Position numbers and translations under genes: made by a program
Assembly: GCA_963843575.1 (NCBI GenBank)
Contig: CAWJKZ010000003.1
Location: forward strand, 1-15,688
From: an uncultured Acidobacteriota bacterium
GTDB taxonomy: Bacteria > Acidobacteriota > UBA6911
Length of the DNA stretch: 15,688 bases
Direction: 5' to 3'
The notes under the pieces: model-generated
The model's database searches: none
Told to the model about the DNA's origin: nothing
Seen by the model: the letters and a program-made list of their open reading frames with translations, nothing else
Shown: positions 14,990 through 15,688 of the stretch, one piece after another
How the letters are laid out: each line of letters starts with the position of its first letter
Numbering within the stretch: position 1 is the stretch's first letter

Positions 14990-15688
14990 ATGATCGGCAG
15001 ACGTCAGTTTCTGGCCTCGGTTGCATGCGCGCTGGGGGGCACTGCCTCGCGGGGCGGGACGGAAGCCCTGGTCCAAACGGTCCGGGGGCCGGTCCCGGCG
15101 GGCAACCTCGGCGTAACCCTCATGCACGAGCACGTCATGGTCGACTTCGCTGGCGCCCGCACCGCCAGCCCGTCGCGCTACGATCCCGACGAGGTCTTCC
15201 GGACCGCGCTCCCGTACCTGAGGAGAATCCGCAGCCTGGGGTGCGGTACGTTCGTCGACTGCACGCCGGCCTGGATCGGGCGCGACGTCACCCTGCTCCG
15301 GAGACTCTCGGAGGCCAGCGGCCTCCATATCGTAACCAACACCGGCTACTACGCTGCCGGCGAAAGATACAAGTTCCTGCCCGAGCACGCCTTCACCGAA
15401 AGCGCAGAGCAGCTCGCGCGGCGCTGGATCCGCGAGTCCGAGGCCGGGATCGACGGCACCGGGATCCGGCCGGGCCTCATAAAGATCGGCGTGACGAGCG
15501 GCCGCCTGCCGGAGGTCGAGCGCAAGCTGGTCCGGGCGGCGGCCCTCGCCCAGCGGGGGACGGGCCTGCCGATCGGCTCGCACACCGGGGACGGGGCAGC
15601 CGCGCTGCACCAGCTCGAGATCCTGGCGGAAGCAGGCGTGCCGCCGGACGCCTTCATCTGGATTCACGCCCAGAGTGAGAAAGACACC
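14990..15688 (+). CDS. Phosphotriesterase-family (PTE/PHP amidohydrolase) protein with twin-arginine signal; runs off the right window edge
   Basis: Manual translation, absent from the ORF track because there is no stop: MIGRRQFLASVACALGG...VQTVRGPV..NLGVTLMHEHV...TFVDCTP..IGRD..LL..LSEASGLHIVTNTGYY...GIRPGLIKIG...GLPIGSHT...IWIHAQ. SD GGAGGAG. Confidence 0.93.
   Translation, partial: MIGRRQFLASVACALGGTASRGGTEALVQTVRGPVPAGNLGVTLMHEHVMVDFAGARTASPSRYDPDEVFRTALPYLRRIRSLGCGTFVDCTPAWIGRDVTLLRRLSEASGLHIVTNTGYYAAGERYKFLPEHAFTESAEQLARRWIRESEAGIDGTGIRPGLIKIGVTSGRLPEVERKLVRAAALAQRGTGLPIGSHTGDGAAALHQLEILAEAGVPPDAFIWIHAQSEKDT

Overview
GC-rich bacterial chromosomal DNA, possibly Acidobacteriota-like (inferred from protein types only). 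It holds about 16 coding regions; I found no rRNA, tRNA, CRISPR array or mobile element. Left to right: partial small Cys-rich secreted protein (-), 3-methyladenine DNA glycosylase (-, one frameshift), YjhG/YagF-type xylonate dehydratase (+, about 10 extra bases), TIGR01777-type epimerase (-), degenerate response-regulator receiver fragment (+), rhomboid protease (-), a sigma70 promoter with a ~220-nt highly base-paired leader preceding an NYN + 2x OST-HTH/LOTUS protein with a disordered tail (+), monoheme cytochrome c (-), an apparently leaderless operon of crotonase, split AtuA and SDR (+), a secreted beta-rich protein (+), a secreted M16B peptidase pair (-), and a partial Tat-signal phosphotriesterase-family protein (+). 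The best candidate for an undescribed system is the structured leader RNA coupled to the NYN-LOTUS ribonuclease. The frameshifts in the first ~2.1 kb look like sequencing errors. All family calls come from motif recognition by eye and all RNA folds were made by hand; no searches were run.
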